Assembly: GCA_965655095.1 (NCBI GenBank)
Contig: OZ296653.1
Location: forward strand, 19,902,001 to 19,966,000
Direction: 5' to 3'
Source: Haplodiscus bocki
Taxonomy: Eukaryota
Length of the DNA: 64,000 nt
Below the pieces are notes generated by a model that did not search any database, had not been told where the DNA came from, and worked only from the letters and a program-made list of their open reading frames with translations. Position 1 is the first letter of the stretch; each line of letters starts with the position of its first letter. This document shows positions 13,901-28,900 of the stretch, piece after piece. The position numbers and the translations under genes are program-made.

Positions 13901-16900
13901 TTATGTTATTATTTTCCGCACATAATAATATCACAGAAGGAAACGCATCCAATCAAAGCGAAGTTTTTACAACGTTTACTTGCCCATTGAAAATGTCCGA
14001 ATGTTGAAACAATTCTGAATTTGAAAATTGAAAATTTTTCATCACCAAATTGTAGCAAATTTGCCGTAGAATGCGACTGAAATAGTAAGATTTCTCAAAT
14101 ACGTACGAAATTTGGGTTTTCTCTGAAGAGACGGGGTTTTTGAAAAAAAACTTGAATTTTTTCAGATTCGGTAAAAGTGGAAAATTTGCTGTAGAATGCG
14201 TATCAAATGACATTATTTCTTAAAAGTGTCTTTTCCACCTTAATTGTGTAGCTTTTAGCAAAAAAATGAAAAAAAATCAAATTTGGAAAATTGTGAAAGT
14301 AGTTGAAGAGTATTTTGAAAAAAAAATGTTTTCATCCTTTTAAAGGGCATCTTCAACAAAATTGTAGGGCGGAAAATTTGCCGGTGGTAGCCGGCCCTCT
14401 TGTTTCTAATTTCATCTCCGCATATAAATCATTTAAGTACGCAAAGAATCTATCCTCGTGTTAAATCTATTTTCTCAAATGGAGCCATTTCCGCTATGCT
14501 AGATGTACGTTACTTGTGGTGTCTGTCTTGCCAAAATTCTTCTATACTAAGCAAGATACTTGAAAATTCATGTTTATTTCAGAACGAGACGAGATTGGAG
14601 CCGATAGCAGAGGAAGAATATGAGCGTGAGAAGACGAAACTTTTATCTCGTAGAACATACCGAAGAGCCGATGACGTAATGAATCATTTTATTCGTATTC
14701 TGGGTCAGGAAATTATCAGTTGTTCGAATGTTTGTGTCGTTTTTAGATTCCTCCGCAGCAAGCTCTGTTCGATCATTACAAGACAAACTTATTTGCCAAG
14801 AGGCATTTTGCGAAAGAACGTTTCAAGTTGGCTGTCCGCAAGGTTTGTTGTCTACATTTGGTTGCATCTCCATATTCAAACTAATCATTCATTCATTAGC
14901 TAGATCGCAGTCAGCTCCGGGATAGTTTTCGCTCTTAAAATGATTTGCGAAAAAAGTGCAGAGTTTGTGTTTCGAACCCATACCTAGCGCGTCAAAAGTT
15001 TTTGTCTTTTGCACTACGCCACTACCCGTCAACGTTCGTCGAATTCCAAAATTATGAATGAACGAAATCTGTTTGAACAAAAACTTGAAATATCCCAACG
15101 ATGGCGGCGTAAGATAAATGCAGATTTTTTTATGAAACGCCGTATAGCAGCGATGGAGAAAAATTTTTAGCGAAAATTGCATAACAATTGAAAAAAAATA
15201 GTGCTGGACATAAATTGAAATATAAATATGCAGTAAAAACTATTTATAATTATAAGCTATAACTAGTTTAAAGATCGACAACACTGTACAGTATGATATT
15301 ATTCCTGAAAACAGATTAGCACAAGTTATTCGGCAGGAATATTGAACATAGATCTGATTTCTCGGGTAGATTTTCCCTTCATCATCTGAGCTACATACTT
15401 GGACCCCGATTTCAAAAGGCTTTCTATCCCCAAAAAATCAGCAGCTATGAGTAGTCTACCTAACATAGAGACGTTGTGTTGAAAAAACTTTTCCTCCGCC
15501 TCAGGCAACGTGCAGTCTTTGTTGCGACTAGAATACCCCGAAAAGGGTCCGTAATGGATCTCGTATTGGCCTTCGAGTGGTTTCGCCGGCTCTGATTCCT
15601 GCTGTTTGTCATGTTTTTGGAGCCACTGTAAAACCAGTTGAAAGGTGGCACCATTTATGTGATCCAGATCTATAATTTCAACCCTGTTCTCATTCACTGA
15701 GTTCCTCCAGAATTTAGTCTGGAACCAGGTCTGGCTAGTTTTTGGCTTTTCCGAGGAAGAGGAAGGGGAGGTGGAAGCACCGACGGAAGAAGTTGATACT
15801 TCTGACGACTCATGTTCTGGGATGTCGGTCGGAATAGAGGGAATGTCGTCACACATTCTTTTAATCGTTCTACATCTCATCATTTCCCTTTCTTTCACAC
15901 TGAACACCTGAAGTTAAAAACAGATGAATAGACCGTTCGTCAACAGTTTTTTACGAACTTTGAAATCATTGTGTTATAACGAAATCGTGTTGTTCAAACA
16001 TTAACAGTATGGCGAAGATGTGGGCTAAGAGAGATTGTTGAAACCGAGTCGTGCAACTAATTGATTTTGTTTTAACCAGCGAAAAAATTCTGGAAGAATG
16101 CATTAAAAAGTAGAGCCTTCAGCGCTTGAAAAGTTAACCAATCGGTTAGTTGGCCAAAAATTTCTAACCTGTTATTAAACTTGTTACCGGTGAAATGAAG
16201 CATGCTATTCTGCTATGATGTTTTTTTAATTAGCTGTTTTTGAGGTTTGCGTGGCAATACTTGCAGACTTCAGCAAATTCGGAAAGCGTGATCAGATGTT
16301 TTCAGAAATGTATATTCGGCCATAAAGAATGTCTCTATCTAATATGTAATATTTGCAAATTAATTACATTTTTGGGACTGAATGTTTTTGAGACATCCTT
16401 ATCTCATTTTGCTTCGTTCAGATAATTAAGATATCTACTGCACAATTGTTGTAACGAGGACTATGACTTGGCTCATTCAAATCACTACTTGCCATCCCGT
16501 AACTTAGCTGTCACGAAAACGTTTTCTGCAAAAGTTTCGGAAAAGTTATCCGGATTGTCCATCCCAGAGATTTGCAGTGGTCCATCTCTGGACTTAACCG
16601 AGATTTAGATCGGCTCACAGAAGTGATGCACTATACTGAGAGTCAAAAGTAAGCGCAAGCGGATTCCGAAAAACAAACAATCATTCCGTATATTCAAACC
16701 CCTTCCAAAACATGAACGCTTTTTCCAGGTATCAGAAATCTCAGAAAACAAGAACAAAAAATTATAACTTTAAATTTTGAAATTAAATTCTAATTGTCTG
16801 GAAGGTGATGCGACAATTGGGACCAAATACCAAATTCGGACCAGTGACAGATTCGGACCGAAGACAAATTCGGCCCAAAATTTTAATTACCTTCAATTAG

Positions 16901-19900
16901 TGGTAATTAGCAGCGTTTATAAAATCTATGAAAATTGCAGCTCATCCTAGTAATTATCGCCAATTAGAAGTGTGAATGACTACGAACAAAAATACTAGAC
17001 AGGCGCATTGATCTTGTAAGTTTCAAAACTTTAGCATTTTGCAATGCCCTGAAATCTACCAAAAATTTCCGTTTTCCATTTTTGTCAAAATGCGTTAGAG
17101 ACAAATTAAAACAAGATGCCTGTTACCGCTACCACACGTATCTTTTTTCTTCTAACTTTGTTAAAAGTGCGTTTTAGAGCAAAAATGCATTCTATTTTTT
17201 TTATCCCAATTGGAAAAATTTTAGAAAAAGCAAAATTGAGTCTATAAAAGTGGTTCGAAGCAAATGCGCTATAATTTTTCAAAGTTAAAATTGCACGAAT
17301 TTGCCCTGAAAAGACCCTAATATCTAACTTTTTCCAATTTTGTGAAAATGCATTAAAGACAAAAATTTCGTTAGAAGTGAATTTAGAAGGGAAAATGGAT
17401 TCCGCAGACTTTTTGTTACTTCTTCCCATATAGAAAAAAAACTTTCCAGAATCGTGCAGTTGATAAGTTTACGTAAAAGAACGCAAGTGGCGAGTGAATT
17501 ATTCTTCTTCAATGTTGAACTATGGGTGGAAAATACTAATCCTCAACATCGTCGTACCCTCTTTGCAATTTCAAAAATAAATTTCTCAGAGAAACTTTAT
17601 ATAAGACAAAAAATCCTCCACGAATCTTTTGAGATTTACAGGCAAGACCGAATTTGGCCGTTCTCAGTTTGTTGTTTCAGAAGTTATTCTGGAGTGCTAG
17701 CTGTTGGGATATTTACTGCGATATCTATCGCCTCTAAAGAAAAAAGTAATGGCGTCCGGTTAATTTATATCGGAACTGTTTGCAAAATGGGTATACTTTC
17801 AGAAAATAAATTGAGTTAAGCTTATGTACTAATCAAGTAATTAAGTTAATTAGCGAAATAATTTGGGCCGAATTTCAAAATTTGGGTCCGAATTTGTCTT
17901 TGGTCCGAATCTGGTTTTTGGTCCGAATTTGTCTTTGGTCCGAATTGTCGTAGAGCCGTCTGGGAAGCGTCATTCTGGGAATTTTTGTAGGTTGTGGTAT
18001 AGAACTTGTTATAGTTAGCTCCTGAATGAGAGACGAGCCGAGCATTTTTTCCTTACATATCACCGATTTTGCGAAAAATTCAACAGATATTTGTTAACGA
18101 TGCTGTTAAAGTCAAAACAACGTGCAGTAACACTACACTATTCCAAGGCAATAACTGCTTGACAGATGTGAAAAATTGGAAAGACTCAGAGACGCAATTT
18201 TCCGAAAGTTTGACATCGCTCTAATGGATAAGAATTTTTGAAGGAGCCAAGTTTCCGAGGGATTCTTTGGAGTACCCCGTATGAAAACTAGTTCGATGCT
18301 TTAAAAACATGTCTTGACGTTCAGGTGATCATCAGGTGAACTGAATGCACTGATGTTGAAATACTTTTTTCTGACACTCACGAAAGTGAGGTGAAATCGA
18401 TACGTTTTTTGAAGTAGGTAGGTAGAGCGTTTGGTATGTATTTACATACTAATTTAATTGAACAGATTCTGACACGGGCCGCCCAGTAGGATCCTTTACA
18501 TGACCTTTATTGAAGTAAGAAACAATAATATACTGAAATCATCAGCTCGTCTTCCACATCTAATGATCGATCAAGTTTTTATTGTTCAGGTGATAATTTG
18601 ATAGATTGATCGCCGAGGTGTTGAGATATAAGTTTGGAACTATCAAGACTGAAGTAGAAATCGAGATTTTTCAAGTTGTTCCGAAAAGAAAACAAGCCAA
18701 CTGCTCATTCAACTTCATGTTTCTTAGAATCGCGCTTTTGTATTGCAGTTGTCAGAACGAGTGAAGTTTAGATCCCGGTGAATAATAAAATGTTTTGAAA
18801 ACCATACTGATTTGAAAATTGTAATTTCTTCCACCAAAAAGCCTGACAAAAGCTCTGCCAATGAAACCTGATGTGGGTCACAAACAAAATTTTACTCCTT
18901 TTCAGGCAATAATAAGGTCAGCTGTTGGCTGTGAAATCCGGAAATAGCATTTTCGAATGCAGCTAGACTGAAAAAGGGCGATGTTTTGTCAGTTATTGGG
19001 GCAAAAAAGTAATTTAAAAAAATATGAAACTTCTCTTCAATTCTAATTTGTGTTTTTTTTGTATTTCTGTGGCAAAAATCAAGTCCATTCAGGGCCCAGT
19101 GATTTCATATACAGTTCTCGAAAGAGCAAAATTCATTCAAAAGTCTGTAAGCTCTTGTTTTCCCAAGTCTTTTCAGAACATCATTTTCCAAAAGACTGTC
19201 CAAAGCAACTGTAGAAGCCTTGAAACGTTCAAAAGTCAATTCAACATTCAGCATGTCTTGAAGAACGTTTTAAAGTGTTTTTTTTGCAGAAAATTTCCAT
19301 AACTTAGAAATTTCTCGGGCATGGCGACAATTTTGCGGACCTTGAAGATAAAGTAGATTTTGCTCCATATCACACATTTGCATTGATTAGTTGAAAATAT
19401 AGGGATTTATAAAGGAATGTGGGGACAAGCAGACACCCCGAAATTCTGCTGCTGCAAAAAGAAAATTCTGCTACCGTTTGCAACTAAATATGGGGACATA
19501 CTCTCCAAGAATTGAATGCAGTTGAAGACGGACGAAAATCATGCTTCCAAAAATTCTCTATTAAAACATCAAAACAGCATTCAGTTTTCATTGTAATTTG
19601 CTTTCTAGCGAATTTCTCAAGTAAATTCAATTTTTGCAGAATCTGTCTACATATTTGGTTTAAGTTAAAAGCAGAAAATGGCATAACCTTTTGACAACGG
19701 CACTTGAAATTTTTTTGAGGTAGAATTTTGCGGTGCTTGGTAGAGAATAAAACAGCGTAGTGGGTGTGAACGCGTTCGTTTTTTGCATGTGCATCTAGAA
19801 CAAAAGGCGCAGCAGCCCTGAAATATTTTCTGTCAATGATGGGCTAGAAATAGCTCAAAAATGAAACTGCTGATAATTTCAGGAACCGTAGGGTACGAGG

Positions 19901-22900
19901 AGGCTCCCTCTCAGCTCAGTAAGTGCAATTTTAGGCAAAAACGTTTTCTCAAAACTAATTAAGTGTCCAGAGAAACATTTTGAGATTTTTTTGAAAAAAA
20001 AAATCTAAAAAAATGAATTTTTTTGGACTTAGCAAAAAATATTCGACTGGTGGTGTCAAAACTATATTCTACGTATCCAGTGCAAAATTTAAAAGGGTAT
20101 TACGATTTTTTACCGATTGAAATTGCTACCGGTGAAATGGAGCATGCTATTCTGCTACTATGATGTTATTTAATTAGCTGTTTTTGAGGTTTGCGTGGCA
20201 ATACTTGCAGACTTCAGCAAAATCGGAAAGCGTGATCAGATGTTTTCAGAAATGTATGTTCGGCAATAAAGAATGTCTCTATCTAAATTGTAATAAATTG
20301 AGGTATCTGCTTTTACCAGAAATTGAAATATATAGGTTAAAATTTGGCGTTTTCTTTTTTCTAACTGAACAGTTCCGGCCAACCGATTACCTTTAATTTC
20401 AATTTTTTAAGAGTTAACCGTTTGACAAAAAATTGACTGTTGACGGTGCTACTAAAAAGTGAAATCGGCCTCAGATAATTTCGCTATTGACGCTGCCAGA
20501 ATTGGCAAATTGCCGGAGAAGAAAGTCTACACACTGAGATGAAATATATTACGACAGAAAATAATAAGGGAATGAAGAATCAACAGGACAAAAAAATTTA
20601 TTTGAAGATTTTGCTCTATGCTATATTTAGTTTTAACAAGCCGAGAACGTCCGAGTCAGCGCCGTCCATAAAACTCAAATACTCTTGGGGGAACTTTTGA
20701 TGTTCAGCAAGCTTTTGGTTTTTTGGAAAGTTCTATACTTAATCGTAATTTCGTCATGAAACTTTTTCTCGGAGTGCGGAAAAGTTTCTCAAGAGTACAC
20801 TTAGTAATGTCATTAAGTCCGTGGAAATCTTAGTCGCAAAAAATGGGGTGAACAAAACAGTGCGTTTGTGTGGAGGGTATCACGAAAAAGTGGAGGGTAT
20901 CACGAAAAAATTGAAAAACCTCTCGGTGGTGGAAAGTATAGAGAATAAGGGAAAAAATTTGGACCCAAGGTCCAATTTTTTTTTCAAAAAAAAACGTAGG
21001 GGATATCAGAGAAGTTTTTTTTGGTATTTGCCTGTTCGATTTCTTTTGTATTTAAAAGTGGTATTACGATTTTTTTCGTTTTTTGCTGATTGGGAAGAAA
21101 ATGAATAGTTCAAACGTTCACTTTGGTGTCAACTATAAGTTGAAAATTTTTTAGACCTGATTTTCGAAGTTTTCCGGCTCTCTGGTCCTTTGTTAGGTTT
21201 GGGAAAGTCTTTGCTACGTTCTAGGTATGTATATTATTTATAATGAGTTGGTTAATAAAAATCTTGGGTAAGTACAAATTTCGATTACATAGTGAGCGGT
21301 CAAAAAACTATATTACTATAGTCCGGCTTTTAGTAAATTAAAGCCCTGAATAAAAAGCCCTGAAAAAAAGCCCTGGTTGCACCCGGGTCGAACTCAAAAT
21401 TTCCGGTTCCTGGCTAATCTGTTAATGACGCAGTGGTGCCGTCCTAATGTCAAAACTCTTCTTTCAATCTTGTTTTCAATGATCGAACATCTTTTCATGG
21501 CATCTAATATTTTCTCAAAAAAATAGGAGTGAATCCAATCAAACATCTCCTACCTTGTTGTCGCTACATTTGAAGGTAAGAGTAGGCTCGGCTACACTTT
21601 GCTTTTTCTGTTGCTGTTGCTGACTCATGATTAATTCCAACTAAATGACTACTAAATAATAAACCTGAATTTGATGAGGTTTAGTGAAATTTTAAGTTAT
21701 TGCAATCTGTTTAGTAACTCTGAGTAATAATTGTTATTTGGACTGAATAGTTTGACCATAAGGCGACTGATTTCAATTCGATGTTGACCACTGATGATTT
21801 TTGTTTTCCGAACGGAATGAAATATATTGATTATGCGAGAGAAATTGAAACATACTAAATAAACCGGTGGTTCGAACGTGCTTCCAAAAGACTATACTCT
21901 TCGCATGTCTGTAATGTCAAATAAAGTTACTATTCGTGAAGTTATTTATATTGAGAATAACTATTAAATTAGCAAGTGATGCCTATTTTTAGACATTTGC
22001 GCACCGCGGTTTTGTGTTGAGCAAGATTTCAAATACTGTAAAATTATTTGAGAGCCGAACATTGAGAGACTTCGGTTACATAATTACTAGCTAAGCAGGA
22101 CCGTTGTCGTTGATTGGTTAAACGAAAATGACGCAAAAGGAATCGGTTCCGTGTACCATGGTGTCATAACTCCGATAATACGTCCACTATGTTTCGCTCT
22201 GCCATGACAAAGAAGAAATAATTTGATACGACTCTGCGTAAATGCAATGGATTTCTTGTTCTTTGTAAAGGAAGCAATTTCTTGTACTGATAAATGGAGT
22301 GGGAAAAAATTGGCTACAAATGGGAATGACTATGGCATCATCTATTTATTGGTTTACGTCAAATTGCCTCTTAAGGCTAATACAGTACCTAAAACGGCCA
22401 TTAATGAATTGAAATTGGGCTACGTTTTCTGACTGTTCCTTAAAAAATCCTCGTTTTTCTTTCAAACCCGTATTTGAAACTGATTTCTTGTGGTAAATTT
22501 TAAACAATTAAGAGAAATAATTGAACATTACTGATGGCAAGTGACGAAGTCTACACAGTGGTTACACCCTTGAATTAACCAAACCAAAAAAATGGTCTGG
22601 TACTTTGTCCTGCCACCGGTCCGGCATAGCAGCAAACTTAGCAGTTTCTATAGGGAGAAATCTACTTGTACATAAGAATGATACCATTTCAAGCTACGTT
22701 TTCACCAAAAGTGTGTTCAATTTCAGTTTCTTTCATTCAATTTCAACCCAAGTGCACTTTCTTCGTTAAATTTTAATTGGTGATTTTTAATTTCAACATT
22801 GAAAGTTCAGTTTCAACAGTGACAGAATTTTGCAACAGCTCAAAAAATCACATGAAACAAGCATTCAACATACCAACTCAACCGTCAATGTTGTCTTTTG

Positions 22901-25900
22901 CCAAGCATGAGAGATTAAACCAAGAGCGACACTTGTCAGCCGGCACGACATCTTTGGTTCTGCGAGCGATTTCCTTGAACTTTTCTTTTCGGTGCTGTGT
23001 TACGTCTCTGCCTCTGCGAACCTATTCCGGTGTTCAAATGAAAGTCTTATGCTGGACAGACTTCGCTCTTCATTTTTGTCTTTCATGCGGAAATGGCGTT
23101 CTCTGCCATATTGAGAAATGGACGGTTTTTATGCAAACGTTTTATCTCTAGAGAACCTAAAACGCCCCCATTATCCGCTGACATATGAAGCCTTACGTTG
23201 TCGAAAATGCAATAGGCCAGGATATCTCCAAATTCCAGCAAGAAATTTTTGCTCAGCACTTGACAACAGTTTTGGAATTTGTCACTATTCATACTCTTTA
23301 CAAAAATTTTGTAGTACGAAGGGTGGGACTGACTGAATATTCTTATCTTTGCACACTTCTGTCCGCTCCCTCTGCTATACGCTTTTTTTGGTTTTTTGAG
23401 CGTTTTTGTTGCCGTCGAGTGAAGATTTAGTCAAATTCATCAACATAATGTTGTTTTTCTCGAGAACAACATTGCTCATCCTCTGTGGAGCGTAATCATG
23501 TCTCACAATTATTACTTTTTCCGAGTGTCGTTCCCCTGAAACACCTCTCATCAATGAACGTCAAAAGTTGTCTTGACTTTTTCAAGAGTTCTTGTTCCGA
23601 AAATTAACTGACCTGGACAACCTTGTAAGTGACTCGGAGAAAATTGTTAACTTTTTGAACTACTGATTTTGGAAAGTTGGTGATTACTTCAGCATTGTGA
23701 CAGAGTACGTAACTACGGGTCTGGAGGAAATTACTACGGTACCCTTAAATATCAACGGATAACAATCTAAAAGCTCTAAATGTCAAGAACTCTGCGCGCC
23801 AAACAAGCCGTGGCTCTTGAAAGATTGCATGAACGTGTTAGCTGAACCTTCATGCTTCTTCATCGAAGAAGGAAAATTTTCCAAACCTTGAAACAAACTT
23901 GCGTCCTTCCTATAATCAAAAAAGACAAAGAAGACCCTTGCAGCTCTCGTCGTATATTAATTACACCTGCTCTTTCTAAGCTTTATGAAGAAAGTTCTAG
24001 ACGATTTTACATGACAAAACTTAGCGGTAAGCAATCTACATAATACTCTACAATTTGGTTTCTGCAGTGAAGAATACTATACCATGAATGCTTTGCTGTT
24101 TGCCAGTAATAACATCAAGAGAAAATGGATGAAGGAAAAAGATGTGACTGCTGCTTTCCTTGGTTTATAGAAAGCTTTTTCTTCATTATCACATGATATT
24201 TCCCCTCTCAAACTAGCTGAATTGAATTTTGATGAACAAGCGATTTTGATTACTATAAATATCTATAAGGAAAGAAATCAAAAAGTGCTTCCGCATTGCA
24301 GTTCTGACTAGGCTCAAATGTAATTAAAGCTTTCCACAAGGGACTGATCTGGGTCCACTTCTTTTCAAAGTTTTTGTTAACAAGTTGAAGAGTTTCATGA
24401 GCGATTAACAATTTCTTTTACTATGCTAACGATACTAAGATATTCATTTCCGTCAAAAATGTTGATTCTGCTCAGATTAAAATAGAACACAATGTGAAGC
24501 ATTTGATAGCTTACTTCGAGAATCATGGGAACCATCAATCGGGATAAAACTGAATTCATCATTTCTTGCAAACTATCTCTAAACAGCAAGATGACGCACT
24601 AAAAACTACATACAAAAGATTAAATCAGTGAAACTCTGACAAATGCAAAATGTTTCGGCTTGCACTTGGATCAAAATGTACCATTTCAAACTGAAACTCA
24701 ACATCATCTACGAAAAGGGGCTTGTGGAATTAGAGCAGTATGTAAAATTGGAAGTGTCTGCGGTGAATATTGACTATTGCTCCTAAACGCACTAGTTCTC
24801 AGTCATCTACATTACCCAGCAATCATTATAACGGGAATGTTGATGAATCTTTTGTGGGTTCTCGGAAAGCAGAAACCGGGCAGTAAGAGCATCTATCAAT
24901 GGAACGAATTTCGATCATACCTCGGATTTAAAATTCAGGTACGCTATTTTGACTGTGTGATTTTCTTTAAGGGTGAAACTTACTTATTAGTTTGGATGCA
25001 GAAAAAAATCTTCTTTCATCATTTTTGAGAGGTTCTCCAACCAACAGAGCTGCCAACAGCCAGGTTTGCGAAACACAACAGAACGAATTAGCTAATTTTT
25101 CAACGGTTTGCAACACGACATTTCGCTGAAACTGTTGTTTAAAAAAACAATTCCTGTGGCGAACTCCCTACCGGAGAATATTAGGAACAAAAAGTATGCC
25201 CCTGAAACAGTCATACCAAATAGTAATGGTTTTTAGCTTGATAAAATGAAAAGCGAGGTTAAAAACAACTAATATTGGAAAAGCTGTAGTTATCGTTTCA
25301 GATAAACCTTTTCATTTTTTTCCTATAAAGTTATAAGTCTCCTTTAGTTGTTAGTATCATCGTGTTATGGTATCATAATGTACACTGCCTGTCATTAATC
25401 GTCTTCTCTTCATTGAGAAATAACATTTAAGGGGAATTCATTTTTTATTCTAAGCTTTTGTGGAAGCTCCGTGCCAATATTGGCATTTAACTCCTTGAAA
25501 GTCAAATGGTGATTTTCCTGCAGCAACTTCATGGCAAGTTCGATAATTTCGTTATCCAGATTTGATGACCTTTCCCACCCTTTGGAGGAGATTCAGTGCG
25601 TCCCGATCGATTGGCTCCGAGAAAATTGGCAAGTGCTATGAAATTTTTATGTGGATCATTATGTCTATTGATAAATTGTTTCCGGTCTTCATTAGATACT
25701 CGAGAGTATTTTACTAGTGGCCAGTCGCATCAGTTGGAGTAGAAATTTTTTTAGTTGAAATAGAAAGCCTTGATATGGAACTGGAGTTACTTCGCGATTG
25801 CGTAGTTTCTGAGAATATCGCATGTATCTTTTGCTTCAGGCCATGATCCAGTACAGGTGTGAGAAGCGGGTTGTGAAGACAAGACAGCTCATTTCTGACT

Positions 25901-28900
25901 TCAAATCCGGTCTTGTAGGAAAACCCAAAGAGGGTTAGATACAATTTACCATATATGGTTATCGTTCTTCTCAATCAGATTTTCAATTGAACAACTTGGC
26001 TCCTGAGGAACTTCCTCCAAAAGCTGTCAGATGGCTCTAAGAGACTCATACCGCCATTGTTCGAAAATCCCTAGTTGAGCAAAAATATCTGTAGCACTTC
26101 TTGGAAGATTTTCCCTGGGAAATCATTTCTTAGAAGGGTTTATCAAAATTTTGCAATTATAATATATCATATTGCAATACTTATCACGAATTTTGTATGA
26201 TTTTGATATAAACGTATTTTCCCTGCTGCGGATATTATGCTGAGACGTTCGTCGAAGTTGACACTTGTCGTTACAGTGACGTACTTTGATGAGGTCTTAA
26301 AAGAAGGAGTAGACGGAGAGGGATGTGCCCTGAAGATGGATGCCAGAAGAGTGGAAAAGGTCCAATTTCCAGTGTATGAGAAACCTGGACACAAAGATGA
26401 CATGGTTAGATTGTACTGAATTTTTTTTCGCCTCATTTTATAAACATGAAAGAAAAATCAACCAAAGAGTGGGGTCGTTTTCCTATTTGTTCCATCAACT
26501 TTGCCAATTTATATATATGATGAGTCTCGGCAGTGGGGTTAGGACAAAGATCTCTCAGGCTCTAGGTCCGCGTTCGAACCTTTAATTTGCCATTTACTTT
26601 AATGTTTTTAGTGCAATTCGTCAAAAATTTCCACAGCAAAGTGGGTAGGACTTCGGGGCTCTCAAGCAGTAGGTACGGGTTCTAATCCCAATCTTTACCC
26701 GAAAATTTTTAATTTATTATTATGATTTTGAAAATCGTCTTCGTTTGTACTCCAATCAAAATTATTTACCGTGGAAAAAACTTCTCGAAACGAAAATATG
26801 CAATTCAGTGGTAGAGTTATTTTTTTCCAGAATTTGTCAATCTCACAAATTTCGTATTGCGGACTTGTTAGCATCTTATATAAAACATATATGCAGTGTC
26901 ACTGCGGTCAGGAAGCCCCCAGGTAGTGGGTTCTAATCCTTTTAGAAGCCGATTTTACGTTATCAGATAATTTCATACATTTTTAGATACCTTTTGTTAC
27001 AAAATTGTTTTTTTTTTTTCAATATCATCTAGTTTTTTTTCAAATAATTAATTTCTGTTTTCTCAAAATTCTCTCTTTTCCTACCAAAACAACTCAACAC
27101 TTTTGAAAAAATTTGGAAAAGTTTGACGGCCCGTTAATATCCAAATTTTTGGAAATTATATCTTCATTTTAAAAAAAAATAATTTCAATTTAAAAGTTTT
27201 CGATTGTTTTTTCCTGAAAAACTCCTTCGATTATGTCTATACTGATAATCTTTCTGGGCCTCAAACACCCAAAGAAGCAAATTTGCCCGAATAAGCAAAT
27301 CAAAATAATTTGCCTGGGATACCTCGTTGTTTAATCCTTATAGTCCCAAAGGGCCAAATAAGATGTGGTATTTAGTATTATTGACCTTCCAAGATGTAAT
27401 CCTCCAAAAACACCGGCTTCATTTAGTCCATTAAAGTTTGTCGAAAAATTTAATCGTCTAGAAGGTCAATCTTTTTTAAAATTTAAGGTTCCGTATGCCC
27501 CACCGGAAAATTAGACCGAATTCGTCAAAAAAACTAACATATGCGAATATTTTTTCAAAAATCATACTCACTTTCTTGCCGAAACTACCGGCTGAATTTT
27601 TCACATCAATGTCTCAGTCGATAGTTCTGTTTTTTAAAAGGCCCTCCAATAATTACACTTGGGTTCAGTACCTTGCATTACTTTATAACCGAATACAGCC
27701 AGAAAGTGCAAACAATCTGTTTTTCCCGGAACTCAAGCATCTTTCTCGAAAACCACTGGCTCCATCTCTTCTATCGAGGTGCCAATCGACACTTTTCTAC
27801 TTTTAAACATAAGTCAAGCATTGCGTTTTGTTACTTGCAACTGATACCTCTAAAATGGCCGAGAGTTGCATAATTCTTTGACCCGGCTTGTTATTCAAAA
27901 CTCTGTTTTCTTCGAAACTACCGGCTGGAATTCTTTTATCTTGGTCTCAACTGAAAGTTTTGTACATGTAGAAGATCTTCGGTTAAGTTGATTATGATAA
28001 TGTTATCTTCGAGTAAGTACGCTGCATCAGAAACTTTTTGGACCGAATTGCTAAAAATTGAATTAAAATTGATTGTTCCCGAAATCCAGGCCTCTCTTAT
28101 TCCAAATGTACCTACTGAACTGCTTCCTTCAACATATAAATAAACACTTTTTTTTTACTTCTAACATAATTTTTTGTTTTGAGATCATATATATTGTTCC
28201 CTACAACAGCTAACTTGCCAAATTTTTCATAAACGTTTCATTCTTCTTTTTATCAAGACTCTTCTGCCCAAATTTCCCGCCGGTATTTTTTCCTTTTTGT
28301 GGAAATTACTGTCGAAATTACTTTGAGTTTGGTTTGGTTCCTTGCATTGGCAGACTGATGGAACAAAACTTCCAATAAACCCAAGTAGGATGGATATTTT
28401 TCGAGATCCAACCTTACATTTCGCCAAACTTACTGTATTTTGCTCATCCATCAGGTGTCTATCGAAAATGTTTTATTCTCAATCACTTTTCCAATTGTCA
28501 AATTTTGTGTTCCATTCCTTGCAAACGACACTCCAGTAGCTGAATAGCCCAAAAATTGCATTTTGCTATGTTTTCATTTTCTTATTTCCTGAAAACTTGC
28601 AGCTGGATTTCCTGACTCCATGTCTCAATCAACGCTTTTCTATTTGCACAAAAGTTTTCATTTGCGGCTCTCAAGTTTTTTTTCATTTGAAGCATGACAG
28701 TGCCGCAATTGCCAAAATTTTCATAAAATTTTCAGTTTTCTTCGTAAAAAAACTCATTGCCAAAGATATCAGCTAGATATCTTTTATCAAGGACTCAATC
28801 GACAGTTTTCTACCTTCAGAAGGTTGAATTGGAAATTTGATAAACCGATATTACGAAACTGCGAAAAGTTTTGATGCTTCTCGATTTTCAAACTCACCTT

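Noticed and set aside
18325-18335. Micro-exon candidate encoding VIIR (similar AIIR at ~18906)
   Set aside because: The phase cannot be reconciled with exon 12, and a better full exon exists at 25840.
19883-19918. 36-nt exon-like segment (ttcag...gtaagt) in CFAP221 intron 10
   Set aside because: The intron is phase 0 and that frame has an immediate TAG; exon 25840-25933 supplies the expected sequence.
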